DNA of 64,000 bases from Thermodesulfobacteriota bacterium (GTDB taxonomy: Bacteria > Desulfobacterota_D > UBA1144 > Nemesobacterales > JAJCZQ01): NCBI GenBank assembly GCA_965215275.1, contig OZ244044.1, positions 576,001-640,000 of the forward strand, in the 5' to 3' direction. The notes under the pieces are model-generated. The model searched no databases. It was not told where the DNA came from and saw only the letters and a list, made by a program, of their open reading frames with translations. This document shows, one piece after another, positions 1-11,522 of this stretch. Every line of letters starts with the position of its first letter. The first letter of the stretch is position 1. A program made the position numbers and the translations under genes.

Positions 1-2
1 TT

Positions 3-1673
3 TATGGCATTACCAGACACTCACAACTGTTTACAGATAGACAATTACTGCTATTGGGGACTTTGTTCGAACTCCTTACTGATATTAGAGAACAGGTCTT
101 AAAAGATGCAATAAGCAGTGGTTTTGAGCATGGGAATAGACTTTCAGAAGGTGGAACCGGTGCTGAAGCTTACGCTGATGCTATTATACTTTATCTTTCA
201 CTTTCTATTTCCCAATGCACGAGTTATCACTGTATAAATGCTCGTTGGGTAAAACATAGCCAGCGTATTGCTCATGCCTTCGGACGCCAAGCAATCGTCA
301 TGAGTTGGGATTTTGCCGAGAGCAACCCTTTTTATGGACCTTTAACCATTACCACTGCAGTCAAGCGGGTAGCTTCATCTTTGGCGAACGTGGACCCATA
401 TACATGTGGTTCGGTTTCACAACGAAATGCTAATAGTAATAACGACAAATTAAAGGACGTGATAATTTCTACCGACCCACCATACTATAACAACATTGGG
501 TATGCAAACCTGTCTGACTTTTTTTACGTGTGGCTTCGCCTTGGGTTAAGAGATGTTTTTCCAAGACTTTACTCAACCATTACAGTCCCAAAATCAGATG
601 AATTAGTTGCTGAACCATATAGACATGGAGGCAAAAAGAATGCTGAATCCTTTTTTTTGGAAGGAATGACCGGAGCCATGTCAAATATGGCAGAGATATC
701 CCATCCCGCATTCCCAGTAACAATTTACTACGGCTTTAAACAGTCCGAATCAAGTTCGGCAGGAACTGCTTCAACCGGATGGGATACCTTCTTGCAAGCC
801 GTCATTTCTGCAGGTTTTACCATTACCGGAACATGGCCACTTAAGACGGAGAGTCCCACAAGGCTTCTGAGCCAAGGAACTAATACATTAACCTCATCTA
901 TCGTATTGGTATGTCGAAAAAGATCTACACACACCGAAGCAATTTCCAGACGTCAATTCCAGAGGGAATTACGTGAGGAGATGTCTGAAGCATTAGAAGA
1001 AATGATCGGTGGAAGCGAAGGCTCATCGCCAGTAGCTCCCGTAGATCTGGCACAAGCCGCAATTGGTCCTGGCATGGCAATCTTCTCCAGATACTCAGCG
1101 ATCTTGAACCAAGATGGCTCACCTATGACCGTTCATGAAGCCTTAATTTTAATTAATCGAGAGATCACTGAATATCTAAACCCTGAAAGCGGCAGGTTTG
1201 ATGAAGATACCTTGTTTTGCTCTTCATGGTTTGATCAGTACGGCTGGTCAGAGGGTAAATTCGGAGAAGCCGACACCTTGGCTCGAGCAAAGGGTACGTC
1301 CGTAGATGGCGTAAGGGATGCTGGTGTAATAGAATCAGGAGCTGGAAAAGTTCGATTATACCGCTGGGAAGAGTATCCAGCAGAGTGGAACCCTTATCAA
1401 GACAATCGCACTCCCGTTTGGGAGGCACTCCATCATATAATCCGTGTCCTTAACCAAAAAAGTGAATCAGATGCAGGTTTTTTACTTGCTCGTATGCCAG
1501 AGCGTGGTGAATCCATTCGCCAGCTTGCTTATCACCTCTACACACTATGTGAGCGTAAGAACTGGGCTGAGGAAGCCAGGGCTTATAACGAGTTAATTTC
1601 TGCCTGGCATGACATTGTCGCTGCATCACACAACGTTGGACATATCGGATCGCAAACCGAACTTGAGATTTAA
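3..1673 (+). CDS. DUF1156-family adenine DNA methyltransferase (5'-truncated by window edge)
   Basis: Frame is open from position 3 (YGITRHSQLFTDRQLLLL, DUF1156-like). Contains the TDPPYY catalytic motif, WDFAESNPF and the typical C-terminal APVDLAQAAIGPGMAIFSRY segment. Confidence 0.88.
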   Translation, partial: YGITRHSQLFTDRQLLLLGTLFELLTDIREQVLKDAISSGFEHGNRLSEGGTGAEAYADAIILYLSLSISQCTSYHCINARWVKHSQRIAHAFGRQAIVMSWDFAESNPFYGPLTITTAVKRVASSLANVDPYTCGSVSQRNANSNNDKLKDVIISTDPPYYNNIGYANLSDFFYVWLRLGLRDVFPRLYSTITVPKSDELVAEPYRHGGKKNAESFFLEGMTGAMSNMAEISHPAFPVTIYYGFKQSESSSAGTASTGWDTFLQAVISAGFTITGTWPLKTESPTRLLSQGTNTLTSSIVLVCRKRSTHTEAISRRQFQRELREEMSEALEEMIGGSEGSSPVAPVDLAQAAIGPGMAIFSRYSAILNQDGSPMTVHEALILINREITEYLNPESGRFDEDTLFCSSWFDQYGWSEGKFGEADTLARAKGTSVDGVRDAGVIESGAGKVRLYRWEEYPAEWNPYQDNRTPVWEALHHIIRVLNQKSESDAGFLLARMPERGESIRQLAYHLYTLCERKNWAEEARAYNELISAWHDIVAASHNVGHIGSQTELEI

Positions 1674-1688
1674 AGGAGGATAAGAACA

Positions 1689-4523
1689 ATGACGATCAAA
1701 CCCTGGCGTGAAATTATAAAACCTCACAAAGATGTGCTCGAGGGTACGTTCAAGCAATCTGAATTTGCAGCCGATATCTCTCAGGTGGCCTCCTGTACAG
1801 CAACCGATGAATACCAAGACCCAGAGAAGTTCTTTGCCCGCACATTCATTACGGAGGGCATGCGCCTGTTATTAATTTCCGTTGCTCAGCGACTGGCTGG
1901 TCAGGGTGGCGACCCTGTTATACAACTGCAAACCGCTTTTGGTGGTGGCAAGACCCATACCATGCTGGCCGTGTTCCATATGGCTGATCGAAAAGTCAGC
2001 ACCGATAAACTGGCAGGTATCCCTACTGTCCTTGATGAAGCAGGTATTTCTCAATTGCCTCGTGCCAAGGTCGCCGTACTGGATGGTATTAAACTCTCCC
2101 CAAGCCAACCGCTTGATCACGATGGCCTGACCGTTAATACCCTGTGGGGTGAACTGGCCTGCCAACTTCTAGGCAAAGCTGGATATAACAAAGTAGCACA
2201 AGCGGATCAGGATGGAACATCACCAGGTAAAGACGTTCTGGTGGATCTGCTGAACGAAGCATCTCCATGTGTGGTACTGATCGATGAACTCGTTGCTTTC
2301 ATCCGTCAGTTCGATATTGGTAAGCAGTTCAATGCCGGAACTTTCGACAGCAATATCTCGTTCATCCAGGCACTCACTGAAGCTATGAAATCGGTTCCTG
2401 ATGCCATTCTTTTAGCCTCCCTACCCGCGTCTGATCTTGAGGTCGGTGGTAACATGGGTCAAAGAGCATTGAACTCTCTTGAGCAATATTTTGCACGTGT
2501 GGAATCCGTCTGGAAACCGGTTGCCACCGAAGAAGCTTTTGAGATCGTCAGACGCCGTCTGTTCGATACCGTTGACGACAGCACTGAACTTGAAAACGTA
2601 TGTAAGCGTTTCGCTGATCTCTACCGGGACAACAGCGACAAGTTCCCATCGGATACCCAGTCCAGTCACTATCAGGACCGACTACGTCAGTCCTATCCTA
2701 TTCATCCGGAAATCTTTGACCGGCTGTATGAAGACTGGTCCACACTGGATAAATTCCAGCGTACCCGTGGCGTATTGCAATACATGGCAATAGTTATCCA
2801 TCACCTGTGGAATTCTGACAACCGTGACGCACTCATCATGCCTGGTTCTATTCCAATGTATGACGACAATGTAAGAACCAAGAGCATTCATTATCTGCCG
2901 CAGGGATGGGAACCTGTTATTGAGAAAGAAATTGATGGACCAAGATCAGAACCCTTTAATATTGACGGTCATGACACCCGGTTTGGCAGCGTACAGGCTG
3001 CTCGTCGTGCCGCACGTACTATTTTCCTTGGCAGTGCGCCATCGACTGGTGACCAGATGATCCGCGGGATCAAGGCAGATCAAATCCTGCTGGGAACTTT
3101 GCAGCCGGGACAGACGGCTGGTGTATTTGAAGACGTCCTGCGCCGCTTACGTGACCGATTGCACCACCTCTACTCGAAAGAGGAGCGTTTATGGTTCGAT
3201 ACCAAACCGAACCTTCGGCGCGAAATGGAAAGCCGTAAGCAAAATATCAATGATCAGAAGGAGGTACAACCACAACTCAAGGCTCGGGTCACCGGAGTCT
3301 TTGGGCGTAATAATTCCTTTGCCGGTATCCATGTATTCACACCATCCGCTGATGTGCCGGACGAATGGGGAACTGGTCCAAGGCTGGTCGTACTGTCACC
3401 AAGATCATCATACAGCCGTGGTGATGATGACAATATGGCCTGTGCTACCGAAGAGATACTACACAAACGTGGTGAACATCCCCGTCAGAAACAGAACCGT
3501 TTGATCTTCCTTGCTCCAGACTACGACGTTGTTAGCCGGTTAAGTGATCAGGCAAGAACCTATCTGGCATGGAAATCCATCCTTGATGATTTCCAGTCGG
3601 ATAAACTGGTCTATCAAAGTAATCAGCTTGCCGAGGTTAAACGTGCCGTAGAAGGTGCCGAGCAAACGCTTCAGCGATTAGTCCGTGAAACCTACAAATG
3701 GCTGATCTGCCCCGTTGTGGAAGAACCCGTCCGTGGCAAACAACCACTTAAGTGGGAGACCATCTTGGTATCCCCCACCGCACAGAACCTTGTGCAGGAG
3801 ATCGAAAACAAACTCCGCGAAGAAGATTGGCTGATATCAGAATGGTCACCCATACACCTACGCAACATACTAAACAAGTGGTATTTCAAGGATGGCGTCA
3901 CAGAGGTCAGTGCACTTAAGGTTTACCAAGACTGCTGCAATTACCTCTATTTGCCCCGACTACAAAATGACCAAGTGTTAAAGCGTTCCATTGAGCAAGG
4001 GCTGAAAACGGAAGACTTCTTTGGTTTCGCAAGAGGCAAGGAAGAAGGCAAATACCTCGGATTTGTCTTTGGTAACAACACCATGGTTACTCTGGATGAT
4101 TCAGAATTACTAATAGAACGTGATGCTGCCGCTGCGTACAAAGAAAGTATTAAGCCGCCACAGTCAGAACCAGATACCACGGGAGGTAGTGATCAGCCTG
4201 ATAATACTATTCCACCAAGCGGAGGAACTGCCTCACAACCTGGAGATAAAGTATCAGCAAAACCTACTCCGGGAGCAATGGTTAAAAAAGAGTTTTATGG
4301 CACGACCACGCTGGAACCTGTCGGTGCAACCATGGAGTTTCAGAAAATCGTGGATGAAGTGGTCCAGCAATTTACTTCGAAACTGGGTGTTGAGGTCACA
4401 ATTACAGTATATATCACAGCTAAATCCCGTGATGGTTTTGATGAATCCATGCAACGTTCGATCAAGGAAAACTGTAACGTGCTCCAGTTCAGTAGTGCGG
4501 AATTTGAGGAAGGTGAGCAATAA
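1689..4523 (+). CDS. DUF499-family AAA+ ATPase
   Basis: N-terminal [10 protein letters not shown]...SEFAAD, Walker A FGGGKTH, Walker B VLIDE, YPIHPE and FQRTRGVL motifs; RBS AAGGAGG upstream; follows the DUF1156 methylase. Confidence 0.9.
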   Translation: MTIKPWREIIKPHKDVLEGTFKQSEFAADISQVASCTATDEYQDPEKFFARTFITEGMRLLLISVAQRLAGQGGDPVIQLQTAFGGGKTHTMLAVFHMADRKVSTDKLAGIPTVLDEAGISQLPRAKVAVLDGIKLSPSQPLDHDGLTVNTLWGELACQLLGKAGYNKVAQADQDGTSPGKDVLVDLLNEASPCVVLIDELVAFIRQFDIGKQFNAGTFDSNISFIQALTEAMKSVPDAILLASLPASDLEVGGNMGQRALNSLEQYFARVESVWKPVATEEAFEIVRRRLFDTVDDSTELENVCKRFADLYRDNSDKFPSDTQSSHYQDRLRQSYPIHPEIFDRLYEDWSTLDKFQRTRGVLQYMAIVIHHLWNSDNRDALIMPGSIPMYDDNVRTKSIHYLPQGWEPVIEKEIDGPRSEPFNIDGHDTRFGSVQAARRAARTIFLGSAPSTGDQMIRGIKADQILLGTLQPGQTAGVFEDVLRRLRDRLHHLYSKEERLWFDTKPNLRREMESRKQNINDQKEVQPQLKARVTGVFGRNNSFAGIHVFTPSADVPDEWGTGPRLVVLSPRSSYSRGDDDNMACATEEILHKRGEHPRQKQNRLIFLAPDYDVVSRLSDQARTYLAWKSILDDFQSDKLVYQSNQLAEVKRAVEGAEQTLQRLVRETYKWLICPVVEEPVRGKQPLKWETILVSPTAQNLVQEIENKLREEDWLISEWSPIHLRNILNKWYFKDGVTEVSALKVYQDCCNYLYLPRLQNDQVLKRSIEQGLKTEDFFGFARGKEEGKYLGFVFGNNTMVTLDDSELLIERDAAAAYKESIKPPQSEPDTTGGSDQPDNTIPPSGGTASQPGDKVSAKPTPGAMVKKEFYGTTTLEPVGATMEFQKIVDEVVQQFTSKLGVEVTITVYITAKSRDGFDESMQRSIKENCNVLQFSSAEFEEGEQ

Positions 4524-4780
4524 TTGACTTTGCCTCGCTCTTAAATACTACAGACAAGATCAATAAGGTGGATAAAATCACAAAAAAGCCGTTTAGCAGA
4601 CAGGAGCAAAGGAACCAAAGTTTATTTGTTTTACAAATACACATAAATTAGAATCAAAGAGAACATCTCCTCCACCATTACTGGAACTGTTAATATTCTA
4701 TACAAGTGCACATCATGTTCTGGGATTGAGCATGGTAAAAACAATGAAAGACACAGATAATCAGCAGTAAAGAGAATAGT

Positions 4781-5536
4781 GTGAACAAAAAAAACGTGAC
4801 AAATAACAAGGTTTTAATGCCTGCTATTGAAAAGGTGGAACAATCTGATTCTGTCTATCCCAGTCGCTTGCTCACCGTATTGAAAAACAAAGCACCAACA
4901 ACACTTTATTTACAAGGGAATATCAGCCTTCTGGAAATGGATGGAATCGGATTTTCCGGGTCCAGAAATTCCAGTCAAAATGGAATAGATACAGTCAGAG
5001 ACTGTGCTGAGCAAGCTGCCAATGCCGGGCTCGCCGTAATCTCCGGCAATGCCGCAGGCATAGACCTTGAAGCACATTATCACGCGCTCTCCGCGAATGG
5101 CTCGACCATTCTCGTTATTCCAGAAGGAATTAACCATTTCCGAATAAAGCGTGCACTGGTACCCGTCTGGGATTGGGAGCGTACACTCGTAATCAGTCAA
5201 TTCAACCCTGACGATGCATGGAAAAATTATCGTGCTATGAAACGTAATCAGGTGATCATTGGTTTAAGCAAAGCAATGATCGTCATCGAGGCTGGAGAAA
5301 AAGGCGGGACCATGAATGCCGGGATGGAGACACTTAAACGTGATACCCCTCTCTACGTGGCTGAATACCAGGATATGTCAGTTGATGCTCGGGGCAACAA
5401 AAAACTACTTGAGCTTGGTGGAAAGCGGCTGGCTCGCAGCCGTTCAACAGTCCGTGCGAATATGAAAAATGTCTTTGATGATGTTACTAGAGACCCTGCA
5501 AACCAATCCCATCAAGATCAGACAGGACTTATTTAG
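4781..5536 (+). CDS. DprA/Smf-like DNA-processing domain protein
   Basis: YPSRL...APTTLYLQGN, GFSGSRNS, VISGNAAGID, RNQVIIGLS, IEAGEKGGT motifs of the SMF Rossmann domain. Confidence 0.85.
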   Translation: MNKKNVTNNKVLMPAIEKVEQSDSVYPSRLLTVLKNKAPTTLYLQGNISLLEMDGIGFSGSRNSSQNGIDTVRDCAEQAANAGLAVISGNAAGIDLEAHYHALSANGSTILVIPEGINHFRIKRALVPVWDWERTLVISQFNPDDAWKNYRAMKRNQVIIGLSKAMIVIEAGEKGGTMNAGMETLKRDTPLYVAEYQDMSVDARGNKKLLELGGKRLARSRSTVRANMKNVFDDVTRDPANQSHQDQTGLI

Positions 5537-5606
5537 TTGTGAATTACTGATGTCTGAAGATAAACCGTCACAAGGTTATTAAAAGTATACAGTCCACTTT
5601 TTATTT

Positions 5607-5699
<93 letters not shown>

Positions 5700-5772
5700 T
5701 TTAAGCTAATTGAAATAATGGCACGTTAAAGTCTGCAGTTAAAGTTAAAACCCCGTGCTATATTTCCTGAGT

Positions 5773-6153
5773 TTACTTAGGACGGCACTTGCAGATATCA
5801 ACCCTGATGTACTCAACTACGTTGGTTATATCTTCAGATGTAAGCGTGCCTTCCCATGGAGGCATCAGGAAAGACTTTCCAACTGAAGGACCTCCCTTGC
5901 TTATAACCTTTATAAGATGTGCGTCACTTAAACCAGACACGTAATCAGCACTGCTCAGGTCCCTCGGTTTTGGATTAAGGGCAGCTGCCGCCACACCATC
6001 ACCTTTACCACCCATGCCATGACAGGAAGCACAGATGTTGTTATATATTACCTTGCCCTTTGAAGCATCGGCGGCGTGGCTATTTGAGGCAGTGGTAAAA
6101 CTCAATCCTGAAAATATCAAAAACAATAAGATAGCACTTAATCCTTTATTCAA
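5773..6153 (-). CDS. class I c-type cytochrome, exported
   Basis: Signal peptide, CASCH heme motif, PKPRDL, distal Met in FLMPPW. Confidence 0.9.
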   Translation of the reverse strand: MNKGLSAILLFLIFSGLSFTTASNSHAADASKGKVIYNNICASCHGMGGKGDGVAAAALNPKPRDLSSADYVSGLSDAHLIKVISKGGPSVGKSFLMPPWEGTLTSEDITNVVEYIRVDICKCRPK

Positions 6154-6244
6154 AATCCTGCCTCCCGACTTTTTTCTAAATCCTAAACTTTACCACAAAT
6201 TTATATTGGTAAAAAATTTTTATATGGGAATAATTATTTTAAAC

Positions 6245-6326
6245 GGGCGGGTGGCGGAATGGTAGACGCGACGGTCTCAAAAACCGTTGGGCTTTGCCCG
6301 TGAGGGTTCGACTCCCTCTCCGCCTA
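6245..6326 (+). tRNA. tRNA-Leu(CAA)
   Basis: GGGCGGGTGGCGGAATGGTAGACGCG-ACGGT CTCAAAA ACCGT-...GGTTCGACTCC; CCA not encoded. Confidence 0.93.
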
Positions 6327-6383
6327 TAAATTTATCTGGTAAGTTCTAAACGCAATATATAATAAACCCCACTCATAATCACT

Positions 6384-7142
6384 ATGAAAATACTTGTTTC
6401 TAACGATGACGGTATAAGTTCCGAGGGATTAAATTCTCTTGTAGAAGTGGCAGAAGACCTTGCCGATGAAGTATTTGTCGTTGCTCCTGACAGAGACCAA
6501 AGTGCCGCAAGCCATTCCCTCAGCCTGCACACACCGCTCAGGGCGGTCAAGGTCGCAGAAAATGTTTACAGCGTAGAAGGAACACCAACTGACTGCATTA
6601 ATCTTGCAGTCAACGGCTTATTTAAAGACAATAAACCTGATCTGATCATATCCGGCATTAACAAAGCGGCGAACATGGGAGACGATATAACTTATTCAGG
6701 AACCGTAAGTGCGGCAATAGAAGGCACCTTGCTGAAAGTTCCCTCAATTGCCTTCTCGCTCGCTTCACGAAACAACTTCAATTTCAAAACGGGTTCATAT
6801 TATTCAAAAGTAGTTACAAAACACGTTATTGAAAATGGACTTCCTGAAGGGGTTCTTCTTAACGTGAACATCCCGAACCTTGATGTAGATGAAGTCAAGG
6901 GGATAAAGGTAACCAGACAGGGTAAAAGAGTGTACAACGAATCGATCGTAAGCAATATAGACCCTCGGGGAAAAGAGTACTTCTGGATCGGAGGCAACGA
7001 GATCGCCTACGTAAATATAGAGGAATCGGACATTGTTTCTGTAAATGAAGGATATGTGTCCGTAACGCCTATAAGACTGGATATGACCGACTATGACTAC
7101 TTAAAGGAGCTGAGCGGCGTAAAGTTCAATGAACTGAAATAA
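6384..7142 (+). CDS. surE: 5'/3'-nucleotidase SurE
   Basis: MKILVSNDDG, VAPDRDQS, GTPTDC, SGIN, YSGTVSAA motifs. Confidence 0.96.
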   Translation: MKILVSNDDGISSEGLNSLVEVAEDLADEVFVVAPDRDQSAASHSLSLHTPLRAVKVAENVYSVEGTPTDCINLAVNGLFKDNKPDLIISGINKAANMGDDITYSGTVSAAIEGTLLKVPSIAFSLASRNNFNFKTGSYYSKVVTKHVIENGLPEGVLLNVNIPNLDVDEVKGIKVTRQGKRVYNESIVSNIDPRGKEYFWIGGNEIAYVNIEESDIVSVNEGYVSVTPIRLDMTDYDYLKELSGVKFNELK

Positions 7143-7726
7143 TGTTGAAATCCCTTTATGATAAGATCCTTAAGTGGTGCGAAAATAAATACAGCGTGTA
7201 CGTACTGGCTGGCGTCTCTTTTTTTGAAGCATCCATATTCCCGATCCCGCCCGACCCTATCCTTATAACCATCTGCCTGAGCAAGCCAAAGAGGTCCCTT
7301 TACATCGCACTTGTATGCTCGGTTTTTTCAGTCCTTGGTGCGATCCTGGGTTATTTTATCGGTTCAGCCCTATGGTCGGCAGTTGACGGTTTTTTCTTTG
7401 ACTACATTTTCAGTGAGCAGGTTTTTCTGAACGTACGGGAGCTTTATCATGAAAACTCCTTTACAGCTTTACTGGCAGCGGCGTTCACACCGATCCCGTA
7501 CAAAGTCTTTACGGTCGCCGCGGGGGTCTTTCAAATAAGCCTGACAGACCTTATCGCAGCATCGGCGATCGGCAGGTCCGCAAGGTTCTTTCTTGAAGGA
7601 GGACTGATATATTTCTTCGGAGCGGGAATAAAAACGTTCATAGACAGGTACTTTAATCTCTTAACGATAGCAGCTACCCTGCTTATAATAGCCTTGATAA
7701 TAGTTTACAGATTACTGGACTGGTAA
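7142..7726 (+). CDS. YqaA/DedA-family (VTT domain) membrane protein
   Basis: SFFEASIFPIPPD and FTPIPYKVFT motifs; multiple TM segments. Confidence 0.88.
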   Translation: MLKSLYDKILKWCENKYSVYVLAGVSFFEASIFPIPPDPILITICLSKPKRSLYIALVCSVFSVLGAILGYFIGSALWSAVDGFFFDYIFSEQVFLNVRELYHENSFTALLAAAFTPIPYKVFTVAAGVFQISLTDLIAASAIGRSARFFLEGGLIYFFGAGIKTFIDRYFNLLTIAATLLIIALIIVYRLLDW

Positions 7727-7805
7727 CTTGTACCATCTACTTTGCAGATTAAGCTGGTGTATATATTGATAGAAAATCCATATACCTTGGTCTATACTAT
7801 AGGTT

Positions 7806-8723
7806 ATGAACAGGCATTACTATAAAGGTAAAACATCAATAAGAGATATATGCATCTTCTGGTCAGTCTCCGTCCTGCTCCATATCCTGCTCCTGTTTGC
7901 TCTATCCTTTGATCCCATGTCTCAAGACCTTCACGTAGAAAAGCCTGCAAAGACGGACTATTATGAAATAACCGAGTTCCCCGTTCCGGAAGATAAGGAA
8001 ACAGAACCGCCCGAAGACTCAAAGCTCCTGGCGGAAAAAAACCGTAAAGTTGAAAAAGAATCAGCACCCGACACCAACACTAAACTGTCAAGACAGATAA
8101 GACAGACGGCACAGAAGCCCGCGTCTCCAAAAAAACCCGCGGTCGCAAAGACGGACAGAGCAGAAAGGTCCAAAGCCAAACAGGAAAACGCCCTTGAAAA
8201 GACACAGGACAAAGTATCACTGCTTCCCCCAAAACAGAAATGGATAAAGAAAAAGACCGAAAAAGAGGCAGACAGACCAGCCAGGGATGAAAGGAAACTG
8301 GCTCGTGAAATGCCGGAGGTTCCTGCACCTTACAGATCGAAACTCCTGCCGGAAATAGGGGCAGACCACCTTAAGAAGAAAGAAGACACCATTGATCTGA
8401 ACACGAATCATTTTAAATACTATTCATATTTTATCGGCTTGAAAAAACAGATCGAAAACGTGTGGCACTATCCAAAAGACGCTGCAGTCAAAGGAAAACA
8501 CGGAAAACTGAACCTGATATTCACGGTATCGAGCGACGGCGATCTGGAGAAATTAAAGGTCTTACGGTCTTCAGGCTACGCTTCTCTTGACGATGAAGCA
8601 GTAAGGGCCATAAAGGTCGCAGCTCCTTATCACCCTTTTCCGAAAAGCTGGGAAGGAATGGAAAGACTGAACATAAAAGCTTCCTTTGAATACCGCTCTT
8701 CAAGGTCCCTGTACGTCAGATAG
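7806..8723 (+). CDS. TonB-family energy transducer
   Basis: N-terminal TM with SVLLH, charged linker, TonB C-terminal domain (WHYP...SSGYASLDDEAVRAI). Confidence 0.85.
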   Translation: MNRHYYKGKTSIRDICIFWSVSVLLHILLLFALSFDPMSQDLHVEKPAKTDYYEITEFPVPEDKETEPPEDSKLLAEKNRKVEKESAPDTNTKLSRQIRQTAQKPASPKKPAVAKTDRAERSKAKQENALEKTQDKVSLLPPKQKWIKKKTEKEADRPARDERKLAREMPEVPAPYRSKLLPEIGADHLKKKEDTIDLNTNHFKYYSYFIGLKKQIENVWHYPKDAAVKGKHGKLNLIFTVSSDGDLEKLKVLRSSGYASLDDEAVRAIKVAAPYHPFPKSWEGMERLNIKASFEYRSSRSLYVR

Positions 8724-8742
8724 GTCCTGAACTCGTGCAGAG

Positions 8743-9783
8743 CTACCCGTTCAGAAACTCTACCTTCGCGGGTCCCCGGGCTTTTACTACCTCCCCTATT
8801 ATGCATGCCTTCTGATCCAGTTTACCCAGCCTGTTCAGCACTTTGTTCTTCTCGGAAGCAGGGACCACAAGTACCATGCCAATACCGCAGTTGAACGTTC
8901 TGAGCATTTCATCCTGGTCAACGTTTCCCAGTTCCTTTATAAGCTTCATGATCCTGGGCATCTTCCATAAAGACAGATCGATAATCGCCTTTGTGTGCTT
9001 TGGCATCACCCTCGGGATATTGTCGGTCAGTCCACCTCCGGTAACGTGAGCAATGGCCTTAACCTCGTATTTACCTACGATATCCAGCACGGTCTTTACA
9101 TAGATCCTTGTCGGCTTAAGCAGTTCTCTGTAAAGAGGGACCCTGAAACCCTTTGGTTTATGGTCTAATTTCAGTCTGGACCTTTTAAACAGGACCTTCC
9201 TTGCAAGCGAATACCCGTTAGAGTGCAGTCCGGAGGAACAAAGTCCTATCAGGACGTCCCCATGACCTGCTTTACTGCCGTTAATGAACCTGCTTTTTTC
9301 AACGACCCCAACAGCAAATCCCGCAAGGTCAAATTCGTTCCTTTTATAAAAACCCGGCATCTCCGCCGTTTCTCCACCCAGAAGCACACACCCTGACTCT
9401 TTACATCCCCTGACGATACCTTTTATGACCTCAGCGTGCTGGCTCGGAACCAGTTTTGAGGTCGCCAGATAATCAAGGAAGAACAGCGGCTCCGCTCCGC
9501 AGGTCACAACGTCGTTAACGGACATTGCAACAAGGTCTATCCCGACCGTGTCAAGTATCCCGGAATCGAACGCGAGTTTCAGTTTTGTGCCAACGCCGTC
9601 AGTGGAAGACACGAGCAGAGGCTGCCTGTATTTGCGGGATAGTGAAAAAGCTCCGGAAAAACCCCCTATCTCCGTACCGGAATATACGTTGTGCGTGGAT
9701 CTGACCAGAGGTCTTATAAGCCGTACAAATTCGCTGCCTGCATCAATATCAACACCTGAACTCTTGTACGTGGATTTACTCAC
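8743..9783 (-). CDS. purM: phosphoribosylformylglycinamidine cyclo-ligase
   Basis: YKSSGVDI, STDGVGTK, GGETAEMPG, SSGLHSNGYSL, TFNCGIG. Confidence 0.97.
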   Translation of the reverse strand: MSKSTYKSSGVDIDAGSEFVRLIRPLVRSTHNVYSGTEIGGFSGAFSLSRKYRQPLLVSSTDGVGTKLKLAFDSGILDTVGIDLVAMSVNDVVTCGAEPLFFLDYLATSKLVPSQHAEVIKGIVRGCKESGCVLLGGETAEMPGFYKRNEFDLAGFAVGVVEKSRFINGSKAGHGDVLIGLCSSGLHSNGYSLARKVLFKRSRLKLDHKPKGFRVPLYRELLKPTRIYVKTVLDIVGKYEVKAIAHVTGGGLTDNIPRVMPKHTKAIIDLSLWKMPRIMKLIKELGNVDQDEMLRTFNCGIGMVLVVPASEKNKVLNRLGKLDQKACIIGEVVKARGPAKVEFLNG

Positions 9784-9812
9784 TTAAGATCATCGCCCTG
9801 ACCTGCGATCAG

Positions 9813-10457
9813 TTACTCATCTTCCAAGATCTTAACAGACCTTATAACCACGGACGTTGTTGGAACATCACTGAAATGCTCCACGACCCCCGTTTCCACC
9901 GCACCTATTTTATCAACCACGTCCATACCTTCCACCACCTCACCAAAGACGGCGTATCCATAATCCCTCTGTCCATGATCTAAAAAACCGTTGTCTGCCA
10001 GATTGATAAAGAACTGCGAGGTGGCACTGTTAATGTCCGAGGTCCTTGCCATGGCGAGGGAACCTCTCTTATTTAAAAGGCCGTTCTTAGCTTCATTGTC
10101 GATCGGCTGCCTGGTCGGCTTCTGGACCATACCTTCGGTAAAGCCGCCCGTCTGTATCATAAAACCGGGTATCACCCTGTGAAATATAACGCCGTCGTAA
10201 AAACCCTCCCTTGCATAAGCAAGGAAGTTATCCACCGTAACCGGTGCTTTTTTCCCGTTCAGTTCTACTTTTATATCGCCGAGATTCGTCGAGATCAGTA
10301 CCATTGAAATTACTCCTTTACCGCTGGTTTTTTGCATTTCCTTTTCTTTCTTTTTCACAAAAGTATCACAGGCAGATAGTGCAGCAGTAAATACCACTGC
10401 CATCAGCACCAAAATGATCTTATAACACATGCTTGAACGAACATTCATATTAGTCAT
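9813..10457 (-). CDS. cyclophilin-type peptidyl-prolyl isomerase, probably a lipoprotein
   Basis: [35 protein letters not shown]; lipobox-like LSAC near the N-terminus; exact start uncertain. Confidence 0.92.
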   Translation of the reverse strand: MTNMNVRSSMCYKIILVLMAVVFTAALSACDTFVKKKEKEMQKTSGKGVISMVLISTNLGDIKVELNGKKAPVTVDNFLAYAREGFYDGVIFHRVIPGFMIQTGGFTEGMVQKPTRQPIDNEAKNGLLNKRGSLAMARTSDINSATSQFFINLADNGFLDHGQRDYGYAVFGEVVEGMDVVDKIGAVETGVVEHFSDVPTTSVVIRSVKILEDE

Positions 10458-10538
10458 TTCCCTTTATCTGTTAGTTAAACCGAAAATATAGTGTATCATA
10501 TAGGGTCTGGTTTCAAAACAGCTTTTTGAGGAAAAAGT

Positions 10539-11474
10539 ATGAGCAAGATCGAATTCGGAGTTATGCTGCGGCAGCAAAAGATAGACTTCTCGGATATACG
10601 CGAGGCGGCGCAGCTTTGCGATAAACTGGGATATGATTCCATATGGTTTTACGACCACGTTCTCGGGCAAGGCATTATCGGCATTGACATTTTGGAACCC
10701 TGGACACTTATGTCGGCACTTGCACCTGTAACCGAACGGATTAGGATCGGGACCATGGTGCTGTGCAACGGGTTCAGACATCCTCCGCTGCTGGCAAAAA
10801 TGGCCTCAACCCTTGATCATATATCCACAGGCAGACTTGAACTTGCCATCGGCGCAGGCTGGTTCGAAGAAGAGTTCAAAGCGTATGGGTACGACTTCCC
10901 GGATGCAAAGACCAGAATAGAGATGCTCAGGGAATCAGTTGAGATATTAAAACTTTTATGGATAGAGGAAAAAGCAAATTACAACGGAAAATACTATAAA
11001 GTAGAAGAGGCCTTATGTAATCCCAAACCCGTTCAGAAACCTCACATTCCCGTTATAATCGGAGGAGCCGGGGAAAATCATCTGTTAAAAGTCGTTGCTG
11101 CGGTGGCCGATGAATGGAACTGTCCCGCAACCCACTCGGTTGAATTCGACAGGAAATACCTGGCACTGAAACGGCACTGTAATGACCTGCAAAGAGATAT
11201 TGAGACAATACGCATATCCGAGCAAACCGTGTGCGTGCTGGTCGGCAGGGAAAACGAACTTGCGGAAAAGCTCGAGAAAGCTCAACGCAGATACTCGTTC
11301 TTTGGAGACGTGGAAAAGCTGGGAATAGTTGGAACGCCGGATCAATGTATCAAAAAAATAAACGCCAATAAGGAAAAAGGCATAACAAAATACACGATCT
11401 TTTTTTCAGACGTAATGAATAAAGAAACCCTTGAACTGTTTGCAAAAGAAGTTATACCGGAGTTTGATCGTTAG
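10539..11474 (+). CDS. LLM-class flavin/F420-dependent oxidoreductase
   Basis: GYDSIWFYDH, EPWTLMSALA, RHPPLLAKMA, GAGW, PKPVQKPHIP. Confidence 0.9.
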   Translation: MSKIEFGVMLRQQKIDFSDIREAAQLCDKLGYDSIWFYDHVLGQGIIGIDILEPWTLMSALAPVTERIRIGTMVLCNGFRHPPLLAKMASTLDHISTGRLELAIGAGWFEEEFKAYGYDFPDAKTRIEMLRESVEILKLLWIEEKANYNGKYYKVEEALCNPKPVQKPHIPVIIGGAGENHLLKVVAAVADEWNCPATHSVEFDRKYLALKRHCNDLQRDIETIRISEQTVCVLVGRENELAEKLEKAQRRYSFFGDVEKLGIVGTPDQCIKKINANKEKGITKYTIFFSDVMNKETLELFAKEVIPEFDR

Positions 11475-11522
11475 CAGGATCATGCTGATGTTATATGGAA
11501 CTCTCAAAATGATCTTGAAAAT